Shown piece after piece: positions 35,401 through 48,210 of a DNA stretch of 64,000 nucleotides; position 1 is the stretch's first letter; each line of letters starts with the position of its first letter. Position numbers and translations under genes: made by a program. Origin of the DNA: Azolla caroliniana (lineage: Eukaryota > Plantae > Polypodiophyta); assembly GCA_043228905.1 (NCBI GenBank), contig JBHGNT010000003.1, positions 11,532,001 through 11,596,000 of the forward strand, in the 5' to 3' direction. The notes beneath the pieces were generated by a model. It did no database searches, was not told where the DNA came from, and was given only the letters and a program-made list of their open reading frames with translations.

Positions 35401-38400
35401 TGAGGCCAACCGGATGGGAGCTTCCAACTCGAAGTCGGAAGAAGTTTGGTACATGGACTCTGGAACTTCAAGTCATATGACGAACCACAAAGAGTGGTTC
35501 TCCTTTCTTGAGAAGTCGGAGAAGCCGGGGGTTGTCGAAACCGGAGACAATACCCCACATCCCATCGAGCATATCGGGGATGTCCCTCTAACGCATGTCA
35601 TCTAGAAGGAAATAATAAGGAACGTCCTACATGTACCGGCGATAACCAAGAATTTGGTGTCGATTGGCCAGATCGTGGATCAAGGAATGCAGGTCCGGTT
35701 CACTCACCATGGATGCTTCATTAAGGAGGAAGGCCGGATAATCGCGCAAGGGCACCGGGATGGAAGAATGTTCATCTTTGAAACCAATGTTCGCGAGTCA
35801 GACATCGACATGTGCCACAAGCGGATTAGCCACATCAACTTCCGGAAGCTTTAAGAAATGCAGTCGAAACATGTGGTTTACGGACTGCCAAAATTCAATG
35901 GCCGAAAAGGCCAAATATGTGAAGCTTGTCAACTTGGGAAGCAACATAGGCTGCCATTCCCCAATGAGAAAAATCGGTGCCAGAATCAACTCGATCTCAT
36001 CCATTTGGATGTGTGGGGATCGGCTCAAAACATGAGTATTGCCGGGAGTCGATATTTCATCTCCTTCATCGACAATTTCCGTCGACATACTTGGATCTAT
36101 TTGATCGAGAAGAAAAGCAAAGTCTTCTCATTCTTCTAGGACCTAAAGAATCATGTAGAGCGAGAAACCGGAAGGAAGATTAAATGCCTGAGATCAAATG
36201 GCAGAAAAGAGTATTTTGCCGACCAGTTCACGAGTTATCTATAGACCAAGGGAATCCGATGGGAGTTCTCCTGTAGATACACACCGGAGCAGAACGGCAT
36301 GGCCAAACGTTTGAATCGGACGGTGGTAGAAGTGGCAAGGGAAATGCTAGAAGAGAAGTGCATTTCCCGGATCTATTGGGCCGAGACAATTCGGATTGCC
36401 GTCCACATTTAGAATCATACTTCTATCTTCGGGACAAAGGTGTCGCCACACGAATTATACTTCAAGAGGAAGCTGAATTTGGCACACCTTCGAATATTTG
36501 GCAGCTTTGCATGTGTGCATGTACCGGATGAGAAGCGGAAGAAACTAGATGAAAAATCCAGAAGTGCATCCTGGTTGGATACTCCAACAACTAGAAGGTG
36601 TACAAGTGATACAACCCCTGTTTGAAGCATGTCCGAGTTAGTCGTGATGTCGTTTTTGACAAATTGGCATCCTGGTACTTCTTATCACCCAAGCCCGAGC
36701 TGATTGTTGCTAATGAGACAACAAATTCTGGCACAGAGGGATAAAGGGAAGTGTTGTGGAATCTGATTAACCGGATAGTCCAACTTCCCTGCGGATGAGT
36801 GGACCGAACTAGACTGGTTGAGCTAGAGCGGTCAACCGGATGACGCGCCGGCAAGTAGTGAAGACTCGTCCATGCTCTCCCCATGTAAGGAACCAAGGAG
36901 ACGGTTCATGAGCAAAGAGAAGGGGATGAAGAAGATGTCGGAATACGATACCAACAGAGATAAGTCGGATTGGAGCGAATCCAACTCCAGAAGGAATCAA
37001 GGACCTTCGGATAAGGACCTTCGGAAACGAAATCCACATCGGTTGAGAGGGCCAAGATATCGGCGAATCAGGAGCAGCGCCGATCCACCCGCCAAAAGAA
37101 TGCCATGATCCGGTACGGATATAACCACTATATGGCGCATCATTATGCGTACATGGCGAAGGTGGCAGCCATGAGTGAGCCAGAGAGCTACACAGAAGCG
37201 GCTAAGCATGGAAAATGAGACGTGGGACTTGGTAGACGTACCGAAAGGAGTGATGTCGAACGGTTTTCGGTGGGTGTATAAAGTCAAATAAAATGTTGAC
37301 TGCTTCGTCAACCGGTACAAGGCCCAACTGGTGGCCAAAGGCTACGCATAACAGCTCGACATTGACTACGATGAGACATTCACGCCGGTTGCGAAGATGA
37401 CAACCGTATGTGTCTTGCTTGCTGTGGTAGCGGCGAAGGGGTGGCACTTACATCAAATGGATGTAAAGAATGCATTCCTACAAGGTGATCTTGAGGAACA
37501 AGTATATATGGTACAGCCCCCCGGATTTCAGTCCGGAATGAACATGTCACTTGTTTGCCGACTGAAGAAGTCCCTTTATGGACTAAAGCAAGCCCCACGT
37601 GCTTGGAATGCGAAGATCACACAGCGCTTGCGTCGGATGGGGTTTTCCACATCCAACTCGGACTCTTCACTCTTCCTCCAGCAACGTTGGAATGGACCGA
37701 TAAGAACTTGACTTTATGTTGATGATTTAGTCATCGCCGGGGCCGACTTGGAAGAAATCGACCGTGTCAAGTCCACACTCGCGGCATCATTCAAAATGAA
37801 GGATCTTAGTGACCTTCATTACTTCCTCGGGATCGAGGTGATCTGCACCCCGGAAGGCATACTAATCAGTCAACATCATTATGTGTTGAGTATGCTCTTC
37901 AAATTCCGTATGACGGAATGCAAATCCGTCTCGACTTCTCTAGATAGGAATGTGAAGCTTCGCCCTAACTTCGGAACGGCATGCGACCCGAAACGGTTCT
38001 AATATATAGTCGGAAGCCTTATATACTTGGCCATCACCGGACCGGACCTGAGCTCTCCAATCGTCTTGATTAGTCAATTCATGGTGCATCTGACTGTGGA
38101 GCACCTTCAGTGCATGCACCGAATACTCAGGTACGTTAGTGGCACAAAGGACAGGGGGTTGTTGTATCGGACCGGTATAGCCCGACAGCTTGTCGGCTAC
38201 AAGGATGCCGATTGAGCCGGAAACTCTGACGATCGAAGGTTCACTTCCGGATTCACTTTTTCACTTCGAAGTGTTGTGATCTCTTGGAGCCGTAAGAAGA
38301 AATCGACAGTTGCACTGTCGAGCACCGAGGTTGAGTATAGAGGAGCGGCTCTTATGACATGTGAGGCCATTTGGCTCAAACGGTTATTGAAGGATCAACA

Positions 38401-39711
38401 AGTGGAGGTGTCTAATCCGACGCTAATCTATTGTAACAACCTCAGTAGTATCCAGTTAGCTAAAAAACCCATTTTCCACGCCTGGGCCAAGCATGTTGAG
38501 GTGCATTACCAGTTTGTTCGTATGTGTGTCCTCTCCGGTGAAGTCGAATTGGTGTATTTTCCGATGGATCGGTAGGCGGCTGGCTAATATATTCACCAAA
38601 CCCTTAAGTCTTGACAAGTTCCGACAATTTCTAGGCATGCTTGGGTTGCAACACCTTGATATGTCGAAATTGAAGAGGAGGAATTAAAGGAATGGAAAGG
38701 GGAGAGATATTCGAGTTGGAAAAGAAGACGTCTAGAAAGCCGAATCGGATACAGAATTCGATTTCGGACCAACTGCAGAAGTCGGAATGTTCGGGTTGGT
38801 TGACGTTGTCGAGGATGGATGGACATGTGTAGATAGAACAGATAAGTGGAGACTTTTCAGGTGAAGGGGGGGCAACCACAAAGGGAAGCCCAAGCCAACC
38901 GAAAAAGGGGAAGGTAAAGCCAAGGAGGCTAAGAAGACCAAGATACAGACGTGGTCCGATGTCGTGAAGGGTTTGAAGATCAAGGATGAGTTGGAGACAG
39001 CTAACTCAGACAAGAGCGGGAACAAATCGGAGACAATCGATTCGACCGGGAGTCGAAGTGAATCGACCAAAAAGGTCGAGGTTCGCGGAACCGGATGGGT
39101 CGTGGGAAGAGGAACCGGACCGGATGAGGAGCGCGACCAAGGCACGAAGACGCCAGGAGAACTCGACAGCAAGGGTTAGGAAAGACAGACACGACGATCT
39201 GACCTCAAGTTGAGCTTGAGGGGGAGTATTCAGCAGACAAGCTCAAACAAATCCAGATCAGCTAAATAAGCGAGAGCCGGATCTCTATCCGGAACGGAGA
39301 ACCGGATAGGTACCCGGATCGGTGTCCGGATAGATGGGTACCTGGAACCTGAAGACGAACCGGAGAACCGGATCGTAATGTGGAATAGTGTGAATTGGTA
39401 GGCCGTTAGAAGCCTACGGTCTGAGCCTAGTGCGTAGGCATATTCCTTGGAGTTAGTGTAGAGGCTCATTTATGAGCATCCAAGTACTTGTGGTGCTTGT
39501 GTTAGTCCATGTAAGAACTTGTATAAAAGTGCTCTTTGAGCACATTCTATGTATACAACGTTATTATTTTGAATTAAGAGTTTTGTTCTGCTCTCCCTTT
39601 GTCTCTCCCATCCACTCTCTATATGATTCAAGCTTCCATTAAACCTTGTCTCTGTTTCTATTGGTATCCGGGTAAGCCGATTTGTCTACGCTTCTGCACG
39701 TAATTCTTCCA
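32486..39711 (+). mobile_element. Old decayed Ty1/copia element F
   Basis: LTRs at 32486-32948 and 39227 to about 39711, degenerate Met PBS at 32949-32960, PPT GAGGGGGAG at 39218-39226. Motifs [25 protein letters not shown] and LYVDD. No matching TSD. Confidence 0.88.
33764..35095. mobile_element. Non-autonomous TIR DNA transposon inside the gag of F
   Basis: 37-bp inverted repeats at 33762-33798 and 35061-35097 with 3 mismatches, an AT-rich interior, an internal ~140-bp duplication and a short ORF remnant at 34490-34738. Confidence 0.8.
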
Positions 39712-41190
39712 TTAAACGCATGCTAGATTGGAGTGCTTCATATGTTCTCCAACAAACAACCGGACTCGAAAATTGTCCTCCGATACCATATTGCTTTCTC
39801 CTTCGAACCGCACTCTCGACAGCATATTGGCCATGGTATTCTCCTTTCTGGAAATGTGTCGGATTTCCGGATTCAGGGACTTCATGTATGTGATCCATCT
39901 AAGCAGAAGGCACATGCTCCCAGGAATCGTCAGACCTCCGTGGTCGACTTGCATTCCTCCTTCATCACCGAGATGGATTCAACCTTCGCCAAAGATGGTT
40001 TCCGACCGTAGGGACCACATAGGTGCCCGACCTTCAAGCCTTCGAGCCTCTGTAGTACCTTCTCACAATCAGATATGTGATCTGCCACGAACTTCTGACA
40101 CCCGTCCTCCCCGACCATCTCGTCCTTCATATCCTCTGGGCACCCCTTTATAGGGATGTCGTCCAAGAATGGCATAGTGATGTCCGGGATGCAATCCCTT
40201 GGCACCTTATTCATCGCATTCACCATGTATGCCACTGAATTTGTTCCTCCCTGTGGCCGGTTACACATTTGCACTTAGCCAAGAGGGGTCTGCATCGTCG
40301 TGATGTCCCTACTTTCGATGGCTAGTTGGAACTGGTCATACCCTGAGTATAAGACACTGACCTTTCGGCTAGTTGGAACTGGTCATACCCTGAGTAGATG
40401 GACCTTCCGACGAAGGCCTCCATGAACTCATTGATGGTTGGACCGACCCCTGCATTTCGGATCATCACTTTATTGACTGGTTGCAGGTCCTATATGAAGC
40501 GTAGAGTACCATTCTTCTTCGACACCGTAAACCACTGATTCAATATGGGGCACTCGATGGTTCAAGGATTCCCATATTGACCTTCTCTTTGAGCAGCTCC
40601 ATCAACTTTGGGATGTGCGCCCTCGATACCAGAATTGGCTTTAGGTTCCACGGTACATGCGGCACCGTGAAGATCACCATAGGCTCGATGATCATCAGGT
40701 CGACGCACCTAATCTCCTTCGGTGAGAAAGCGAAAGCCTTTCAGTGACTTTCGATCATTCTCCGAAACCGGTTCTCTGCGGGTAGTAGGAAGCCACCCCC
40801 ACCAATCCTGAGCTTCCCTAGTGTCTTGTCGGTGCACCGGTGTCCTATGCCACGTGGATCCTACAAACTTGGGTCATTCGTGGCCCCCTTCATCCGTTCC
40901 CATCTGTCCTCCAATAAGGGTGCCACGACTAGCCTCACCTTCTGGTCCACATTCTTGTATTTAGTGTCTACATGGGTGATCCGACCCGCCCTGATCATTT
41001 GTCCGAACTCTATTATATCCTCATACATGTCGATCAAATGGACCGGAATCATTCGGTCCTCAATTAGACCTCCCGTGACCATCCTCTTGATTTCTCCGAG
41101 GCTGTCATCAAATGAGACTGCCTCCTCCACAACGTTGTTGATCTTGTTGGCGGGGCCAATGGCTCTGCATGCCCTTAGGCGCCCCACGAC

Positions 41191-41645
41191 TATTATAGAT
41201 CATAGTACTAATGTAAGCTTAAGATAAGGATAATGAAAAGATAGATAGAAAGGAGAAAGAGAAAGAAGGGTGCCGATCCACCCGACCACCCCCGAGCGAA
41301 GGGATCGAGACGGACTCGAGCCTCGATCGGCGTCCCATACCACCGCCGTGGCGTCGAGTCGTACCTGGTGCTGGCGCGCTCGCTACAAGAGTTGACCCAC
41401 CACACGAGCAGAGTCTCGATGTAGTCAAAAGATGATCAAATGAGGGTAGCTAGGCCTCTTATTTATAGCGAAACCCAAGGCCCCCAGGCAAGTTCACACT
41501 TGACCTAATGGGTTGTCTCAATCCCGAGGATTAAAAGTAATCCTCCCCTTCTTTACACTCTCCTTTAACCCTCACACTTATCCACGTGTATAGAATACTA
41601 CGGTAAATTCTTACCACGGGATATTATATGGTCATGCCCGTAACA
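41191..41645 (-). repeat. 3' LTR of J
   Basis: Near-identical to 47756-48210. Confidence 0.97.
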
Positions 41646-44600
41646 TACTCCCCCTCTTTAAAACATTGCACTCTTGCAATGGAAAGTTAGGGAAGTTAGT
41701 TCTAAGTGTATTTTCGCGTTCCCATGTGGCATCTTTTATTGATTTATCCATCCATTTTATTTTGAATTCTCGGATATCTTTAGTACGTAATTTTTTTGTT
41801 TTAACATCGAGAATTCTTTCTGGTACATGTGGTTTAGAAGATAATTCTTCAAAAGTAACCAGAGTTTCAGTCGTAGCTGTATTGTCGCCAGAACCTAGAA
41901 GTTCTTTTAGACGACTCACATGAAAGACTGGATGAATTCCGACACCATCGGGAAGAGCGAGACGATAGGCTGATGACCCAATGCGTTTGAGGACTGTAAA
42001 AGGTCCACAAAACCGTGGGGCTAACTTAGCGCACTTACCCGTAGACAATGTCTTAGAATTGTGAGGTACACGTAAAAATACCTTCTGTCCAGGGTTGAAT
42101 ACACGAGGTTGCCTATGATGATCGGCATAAAAACGCGCTCTATCTTGAGCTGTTTTTATATTATCTCGTGCAATATGCAACATATCTTGCATATCCTGAA
42201 GAAAGTTTTGCGTACTTCGCAACTCATCATGATGTATAGTAACATCAATCGGGGCTCGTGGCTGAAAACCATACATCAACATAAAAGGACTATATCCCGT
42301 CGACGTATGCTTGGAGCTGTTATAAGCAAACTCCAAAATTGGGAGATAACGTTCCCATTTTGTTGGTTTTGCACCAACGTATGCTCGAAGCATGTCCTCA
42401 ATAATTTGATTTACTCGTTCTGTCTGTCCATCGGATTGAGGATGATCCGTGGAGCTCATGCTCAACGTAGTTTCTAACTTCTTAAAGACCTGTGTCCAGA
42501 AGTCACTAGTAAACTTTGGATCTCGATCACTCACGATATCCATCGGTAACCCATAAAAACGAAACAATTCGTCAACGAATTGGTAAGCCAATTCAGGAGC
42601 TGTTACCGTGGTTTTAGTAGCAATAAATCTGGCCATTTTAGTTAGTCGATCAACGACAACCCAGATGGCATCATGACCTTTTTGGGTGCGAGGAAGGCTA
42701 ACAATAAAATCCATGGATATACTTTCCCACTTATTATTGGGAATGTCCAAGGGATGTAAAAGTCCTGCGACTTTAAGTCTCTCGGCTTTGTTAACCTGAC
42801 ACTGGTGACATTTAGTCACATAGCTATGTATGTCAGGACGCATCTTAGGCCAATAAAATTGAGTGGAGATGAGAACGAGTGTACGATGTATTCCAGGGTG
42901 CCCTGCTGAGGGTGCATCATGGCATTCAAAAAGAATCCTCTTTTTGACCTCGGGTAAATCTGGAACACAAACCTTCCCATTACGGTAGAGCAAACCGTTA
43001 GCAATGTGGAAGTATTCCTTCGAGGATGTGGTGGTGTCTGTTCCAGACTCAACTCTTGCCCAGTATTTTGCGAAATAACTGTCATCAGGATACTTTCCTC
43101 GAAGGTGATCATAAAGATCTGATGATATTTCAGTGAAGTTAAGCGTGTTAACTTCACGGATGCGACTTAGTGCATCAGCGACAGTGTTCATGGAACCTTT
43201 ACGATATCGTATGGAAAAATCAAAGTCCTGGATGAGATCAGCCCATCGTGCCTTACGACCTTTCAGGTCTTGTTGGTCACAAAAATATTTCAAGGACTCG
43301 TGGTCCGTAGTTACCACAAAGTGATTTCCATAAAGATAATGGCGCCATGTTTTGAGCGCATGTATAACTGCAAATAATTCCTTTTCTTGAACGGTATACC
43401 GACATTGAGCAGAATCAAGTTTCTTACTCTCGAATGCTATCGGTTTACCATCTTGATACAAGACAGCACCTATAGCGTAATCGCTGGCATCGGTTTCAAC
43501 CTCAAAAGGTTTTGAAGGATCGGGTAAAAGAAGTGAAGGAGCCTTGCAAACCAGGTCCTTGAGTTCCGTAAAGGCAAGGTCTAGTGTAGCATTCCACACA
43601 ATAGGTTTTGTAGACTTACGCGTTTGACCTTTTAAAAGATCAGTAAACGGCGTCGTCAATTGGGAGTAATTACGAAGAGACTTTCGCAAAAACCCCACAA
43701 AACCAAGGAATGATCGAACTTCTCGAATATTCCGAAGAGTGGGCCAAAGCTTGATTTTCTCAATGCGAGAAGGATCAATTTCAACTCCTCGTTCGGTTAT
43801 GAGATGTCCTAGATAAGTAATTGATTTCTTGAAGAACTCACATTTTGAGATCTTCGCATAAAACTGTTTGTCACGCAATGTTTGTAAAACAAAGCGGACA
43901 TGTCTAGCATGTTCTTGTAATGTACGGCTATAAACTAAAATATCATCCAAGAAAATAACGACAAATTTTCCAAGTTGTTCTCGGAAAATGTCATTCATTT
44001 CTTGTTGAAAAGTAGCCGGAGCATTGGTCAAACCAAAAGGCATAACCAAAAACTCGTAATGGCCATAGCGCGTATGAAATGCCGTTTTAGGAACATCGTC
44101 CTCACTTATTCGTATTTGATGGTAGCCAGTACGGAGATCAAGTTTCGTAAAATACCGAGCTCCCTGGAGACGGTCAATTAGATCGTCAGCCCGGGGCAAT
44201 GGATACGAATTCTTGATCGTCACTTTATTCAAGCGTCGGTAATTAATACACATACGCCATGTGCCCTCTTTCTTTTTAACCAAGAGAGCTGGTGCACCCC
44301 ATGGAGATTTACTATAACGTATATAACCCATTCGTAAATAGTCCTTGAGTTGCTTAGATACCTCATCTTCTTCGGATCGACTTAAGCGATACGGAGGTAT
44401 ACTTATTGGTGCAACACCAGGTACAATATCTATACGATGGTCTATATTACGTTTAGGAGGTAACCCATCAGGTAGTTCACTTGGAAAAACATCATGAAAA
44501 TCATTTAAGATTTCATCAAGTTGTTGTTGTTCAAAATATGTTAATTGAATCGGGACATTATCGATATTGTAAACGTGAATGTGCGGATCAAGTACACAAT

Positions 44601-46065
44601 AAAATAACGTAGAACAAGACAACTCGGATATTGATGGACACGAGGAAACAATCGAGAGGGATTGTTTTTTTACACATTGAATAAAATGCGTACAATCGTT
44701 CAGTACAAAAGAAATGGAATGACGAACCCAATCAATAAATAAAGAAGAGTTTTTATTATAAAACCAGGGATAACCCAATATTACATCGGTGGTACAAAGA
44801 TTCATTACATGGAAGTCTACTTCCTCTATATAAGTATCAATAGAAATTCCTAATGAATGAATCGCCCCGTTGATGTATTGTACTCTTCCATCAGCCAAGT
44901 GCACCGTGTAGGTGTGATCACTTACGGTGGGTTGGATTCCCCATATCTGAACCAAACGATCATTCACAAAATTGTGTGAGCTTCCCGAATCAAATAAAAA
45001 TTGTACGGGAGATCCATTGATATACCCGTTTGCACGTAGTAAATCATTGGGACCCAATACATAATGAGGGAAAGAACATTGACAATTACTTAAATGATGT
45101 GTATAGACCTGAAGGACATTAGGAATCTGACCTTTATGGTCTGCAGCTTTAGCTTTGTTGTCGTGCTCTTTCCGTTGGAGCTTTCGACATTGATCTTTTG
45201 TATGACCCTTCTTTTTGCAGAATACACAAAAAGGATGTTGTCGCTTACAATCGCGATCCAGGAATTCGTTGGGTGTCTTGCGTTTCCCAACAAATTGCGA
45301 CTGCTTAGTCCCGGGCGCTTCGTTGGGTTTGTTATGGTCCTTCTTAGAAGTGCGTTGATAGCGAAGAACTATTTCAACGGCCTCTTCGAAGGATTTTGGA
45401 TCCTTATCGTGCACTATCCAGTGATAGTCCGAATTGGGGATGCCATTGACAAAACAAGCTATCAACCAATTGTCCCCTTCTAGACCCGATTTTTGGATTT
45501 GGGTTCTAGCATGGTGAACATAGTCTTCTAGCGAGGAAAATTTCCTGCTAGAGAGGTTCATTAAAGCTTGTGCTGCCTCGGTTCGAGAGGGAGGTTGCAG
45601 AAATTGGCCCTTAAAAACCGTGACAAAATCTGTCCAGGTATCGGGCAATTTCCCCATAGTACGGAGGCCACGCCACCAGGCGGCGGCCTTACCCCCGAGT
45701 TCTCGGCCGACATATGCAATCTTCGTACTATCTGGCGTGGGATAGAGCTCAAAATGAGACTCCCATCGTCCCAGCCATGTGCAGATTGCTTCTTCGATTC
45801 TTTCCTTTTTGTCTCCCGTAAATGGCTTAACGACAAATGATGGTTCACCTTGTCGCTCATCAGGTCTATTAGTCTCACGTTGTAGGCTAATGACACGTGC
45901 CTCAAGAGCACTCTGAGATTGCCGAAGTTCGGTCATCTGTTGAGCGGTGAAACTAAGGAATTGGGTTATTTGTGCCAAATACATCTCAGTGGACATTTGT
46001 CCAGGAGGATTCCCTTGAGTTCCTTCCGCTTGAGCGGATGACATCGGGTCGTTAATTTGAGCCAT
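41632..46065 (-). CDS. gag-pol: Single-ORF Gag-Pol polyprotein of J (1477 aa) with a C-terminal chromodomain
   Basis: [60 protein letters not shown] motif and PERILD..FKIKW..ATWE. The frame is uninterrupted. Confidence 0.97.
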   Translation of the reverse strand: MAQINDPMSSAQAEGTQGNPPGQMSTEMYLAQITQFLSFTAQQMTELRQSQSALEARVISLQRETNRPDERQGEPSFVVKPFTGDKKERIEEAICTWLGRWESHFELYPTPDSTKIAYVGRELGGKAAAWWRGLRTMGKLPDTWTDFVTVFKGQFLQPPSRTEAAQALMNLSSRKFSSLEDYVHHARTQIQKSGLEGDNWLIACFVNGIPNSDYHWIVHDKDPKSFEEAVEIVLRYQRTSKKDHNKPNEAPGTKQSQFVGKRKTPNEFLDRDCKRQHPFCVFCKKKGHTKDQCRKLQRKEHDNKAKAADHKGQIPNVLQVYTHHLSNCQCSFPHYVLGPNDLLRANGYINGSPVQFLFDSGSSHNFVNDRLVQIWGIQPTVSDHTYTVHLADGRVQYINGAIHSLGISIDTYIEEVDFHVMNLCTTDVILGYPWFYNKNSSLFIDWVRHSISFVLNDCTHFIQCVKKQSLSIVSSCPSISELSCSTLFYCVLDPHIHVYNIDNVPIQLTYFEQQQLDEILNDFHDVFPSELPDGLPPKRNIDHRIDIVPGVAPISIPPYRLSRSEEDEVSKQLKDYLRMGYIRYSKSPWGAPALLVKKKEGTWRMCINYRRLNKVTIKNSYPLPRADDLIDRLQGARYFTKLDLRTGYHQIRISEDDVPKTAFHTRYGHYEFLVMPFGLTNAPATFQQEMNDIFREQLGKFVVIFLDDILVYSRTLQEHARHVRFVLQTLRDKQFYAKISKCEFFKKSITYLGHLITERGVEIDPSRIEKIKLWPTLRNIREVRSFLGFVGFLRKSLRNYSQLTTPFTDLLKGQTRKSTKPIVWNATLDLAFTELKDLVCKAPSLLLPDPSKPFEVETDASDYAIGAVLYQDGKPIAFESKKLDSAQCRYTVQEKELFAVIHALKTWRHYLYGNHFVVTTDHESLKYFCDQQDLKGRKARWADLIQDFDFSIRYRKGSMNTVADALSRIREVNTLNFTEISSDLYDHLRGKYPDDSYFAKYWARVESGTDTTTSSKEYFHIANGLLYRNGKVCVPDLPEVKKRILFECHDAPSAGHPGIHRTLVLISTQFYWPKMRPDIHSYVTKCHQCQVNKAERLKVAGLLHPLDIPNNKWESISMDFIVSLPRTQKGHDAIWVVVDRLTKMARFIATKTTVTAPELAYQFVDELFRFYGLPMDIVSDRDPKFTSDFWTQVFKKLETTLSMSSTDHPQSDGQTERVNQIIEDMLRAYVGAKPTKWERYLPILEFAYNSSKHTSTGYSPFMLMYGFQPRAPIDVTIHHDELRSTQNFLQDMQDMLHIARDNIKTAQDRARFYADHHRQPRVFNPGQKVFLRVPHNSKTLSTGKCAKLAPRFCGPFTVLKRIGSSAYRLALPDGVGIHPVFHVSRLKELLGSGDNTATTETLVTFEELSSKPHVPERILDVKTKKLRTKDIREFKIKWMDKSIKDATWERENTLRTNFPNFPLQECNVLKRGSMLRA

Positions 46066-47244
46066 TAAAGATTATTTCTGGAAAAGAAATAGGATAAGGT
46101 CAGAGATATAGTCATAACATCTTGTCGTGATGTAAACATATCATGGGCGAGCATTAATCGATATCATTATCTCACGTCAATACCCCTCTAGACGTATGAG
46201 ATGAGGTTCAAGATCAGGTTACTATGGTAACACAAAGGTGTTTTAAAAACCATGGGGGTGACAAATAAATGTCTTTCCCTGATCTCTATATCGATTTTTT
46301 CATGGTGGCTCCCCGAGGCTCAACCATGTATGTTCGCGTCATGAATAGTTTATACAAGAAAAAATATGTTAACAATAAACTATGTTTCGGTGCCCACATA
46401 AGTGGTTTCGACTCTTTAAGTCCTATTACGAGGACCCCGAGGTGCACTTAGACCTTAAGTCTAAACATGTGTTATAGTCATATGTATCAAGGATGTTGTA
46501 TGGTCTTGGTCATATTTGAACTCGAGACCTCGAGAACAAATACATTAAACACTTGAGCCAACCAAGTAAGTTGCTCTTCTCGAATGCTTAATGTTTGATG
46601 CGTATAAGAGATATGCGAGGCAATTGATCATATACGTTTTTTTTAAAAGAACATATATGTCAAGGGTCCTTATTTCGCCCTCATTTACCAACACTATGTT
46701 GGTACGTTACCTAACCTCAAGTCTCGTAATTACGATGGCATATGTCAAAGGGCAACCTAATGGTCAAGCCAAATGAGCCCTCGTTTCGTAGTAGGCTCAC
46801 GTGGGCCATCACATGGTCACGTCATTACGAATGCCTCTCGTAAGAACGAGCTCATGGTGGCATCGTATCCATGTAACGAGGGAAGGATGTTGGATACGTG
46901 CGTCATTGGAGCGACCTCACTTGAAGTGGGTCAAGCCCTACGTACTCAACATCATTTTGGCTATTGGCGTTTCTTTACGTAACGAAATCGAGGTCGTCAA
47001 CGGGGTTATCAACAATAAAAAAATGTTGAAAAAGGGATGGTGACAACGCCATTCTCACAAAAATGTGAGGACGGCCACCAACATCCTTTTCCCGATCATG
47101 ACAACTTTCGATATAATCACGTAATAACGAATATACACATATGGTTACTTATCACATATATACGATCAAATACGTATATATGTGACCACATATGCCTATA
47201 TTCAACATATCGTTATAGTAAATAGCCACAAATGATGTGATCGA

Positions 47245-47510
47245 GATACGTAATCGAGGTATATACCTCTACGCACACGAAACATCCACAAATAAGAGAT
47301 CATCGTAATACGCAATGGAGGTATTGACCTCTTACGCATACGAGACCAAACGCATATCGTTTACAACAAATCAAGGTATTAAACTCATACGCAAACGTAA
47401 CATATGTTCATGAACGTAATACGTAATTGAGGTATTAACCTCGTACGCATACGACACTCATCACATATTATTAACATGTCAAACGAGGTATTGACCCCGT
47501 GCACATATGT
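47245..47510. repeat. Five degenerate hairpin-core repeats in the leader of J
   Basis: GAGGT-N4-ACCTC-like cores at 47256, 47318, 47373, 47429 and 47485, followed by TACGCA-like tails. Confidence 0.75.
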
Positions 47511-47755
47511 AAACGTTTTAGATAATCAATTAAAGACCACTACAACATCATTGATTTAATGAAAAAAATTACATATAAACTAAACACATGATTAGATGGG
47601 AGAAGAGAGAATAGAAAAAAAAAATATGGAAAGAGTTACCGAAGTTCTTTGTTGATCGTTGTCTGGATCAAGGCCAACCGCACAATGATCGATCAGCATC
47701 AATCAAAAGACAAATGAAAAACAAAGAAACATTAGTAAAAAAATCTGATACCAAA

Positions 47756-48210
47756 TATTATAGATCATAGTACTAATGTAAGCTTAAGATAAGGATAATG
47801 AAAAGATAGATAGAAAGGAGAAAGAGAAAGAAGGGTGCCGATCCACCCGACCACCCCCGAGCGAAGGGATCGAGACGGACTCGAGCCTCGATCGGCGTCC
47901 CATACCTCCGCCGTGGCGTCGAGTCGTACCTGGTGCTGGCGCGCTCGCTACAAGAGTTGACCCACCACACGAGCAGAGTCTCGATGTAGTCAAAAGATGA
48001 TCAAATGAGGGTAGCTAGGCCTCTTATTTATAGCGAAACCCAAGGCCCCCAGGCAAGTTCACACTTGACCTAATGGGTTGTCTCAATCCCGAGGATTAAA
48101 AGTAATCCTCCCCTTCTTTACACTCTCCTTTAACCCTCACACTTATCCACGTGTATAGAATACTACGGTAAATTCTTACCACGGGATATTATATGGTCAT
48201 GCCCGTAACA
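47756..48210 (-). repeat. 5' LTR of J
   Basis: Adjacent to the tRNA-iMet PBS. TATAAATA on the minus strand near 48025-48032. Confidence 0.97.

Larger units (their letters stand above)
41191..48210 (-). mobile_element. Intact, very young Ty3/gypsy chromovirus J
   Basis: 455-bp LTRs (41191-41645 and 47756-48210) with one difference found, TSD ACGAC, PBS TGGTATCAGA at 47744-47753 and PPT at 41646-41660. Confidence 0.97.

Noticed and set aside
40318-40397. Short direct duplications in H (also about 49028-49170)
   Set aside because: They look like ordinary repair or slippage scars in a dead element.
47245-47510. CRISPR-like repeat-spacer appearance
   Set aside because: The repeats are degenerate, lie inside a eukaryotic retrotransposon leader, and have no cas genes nearby.
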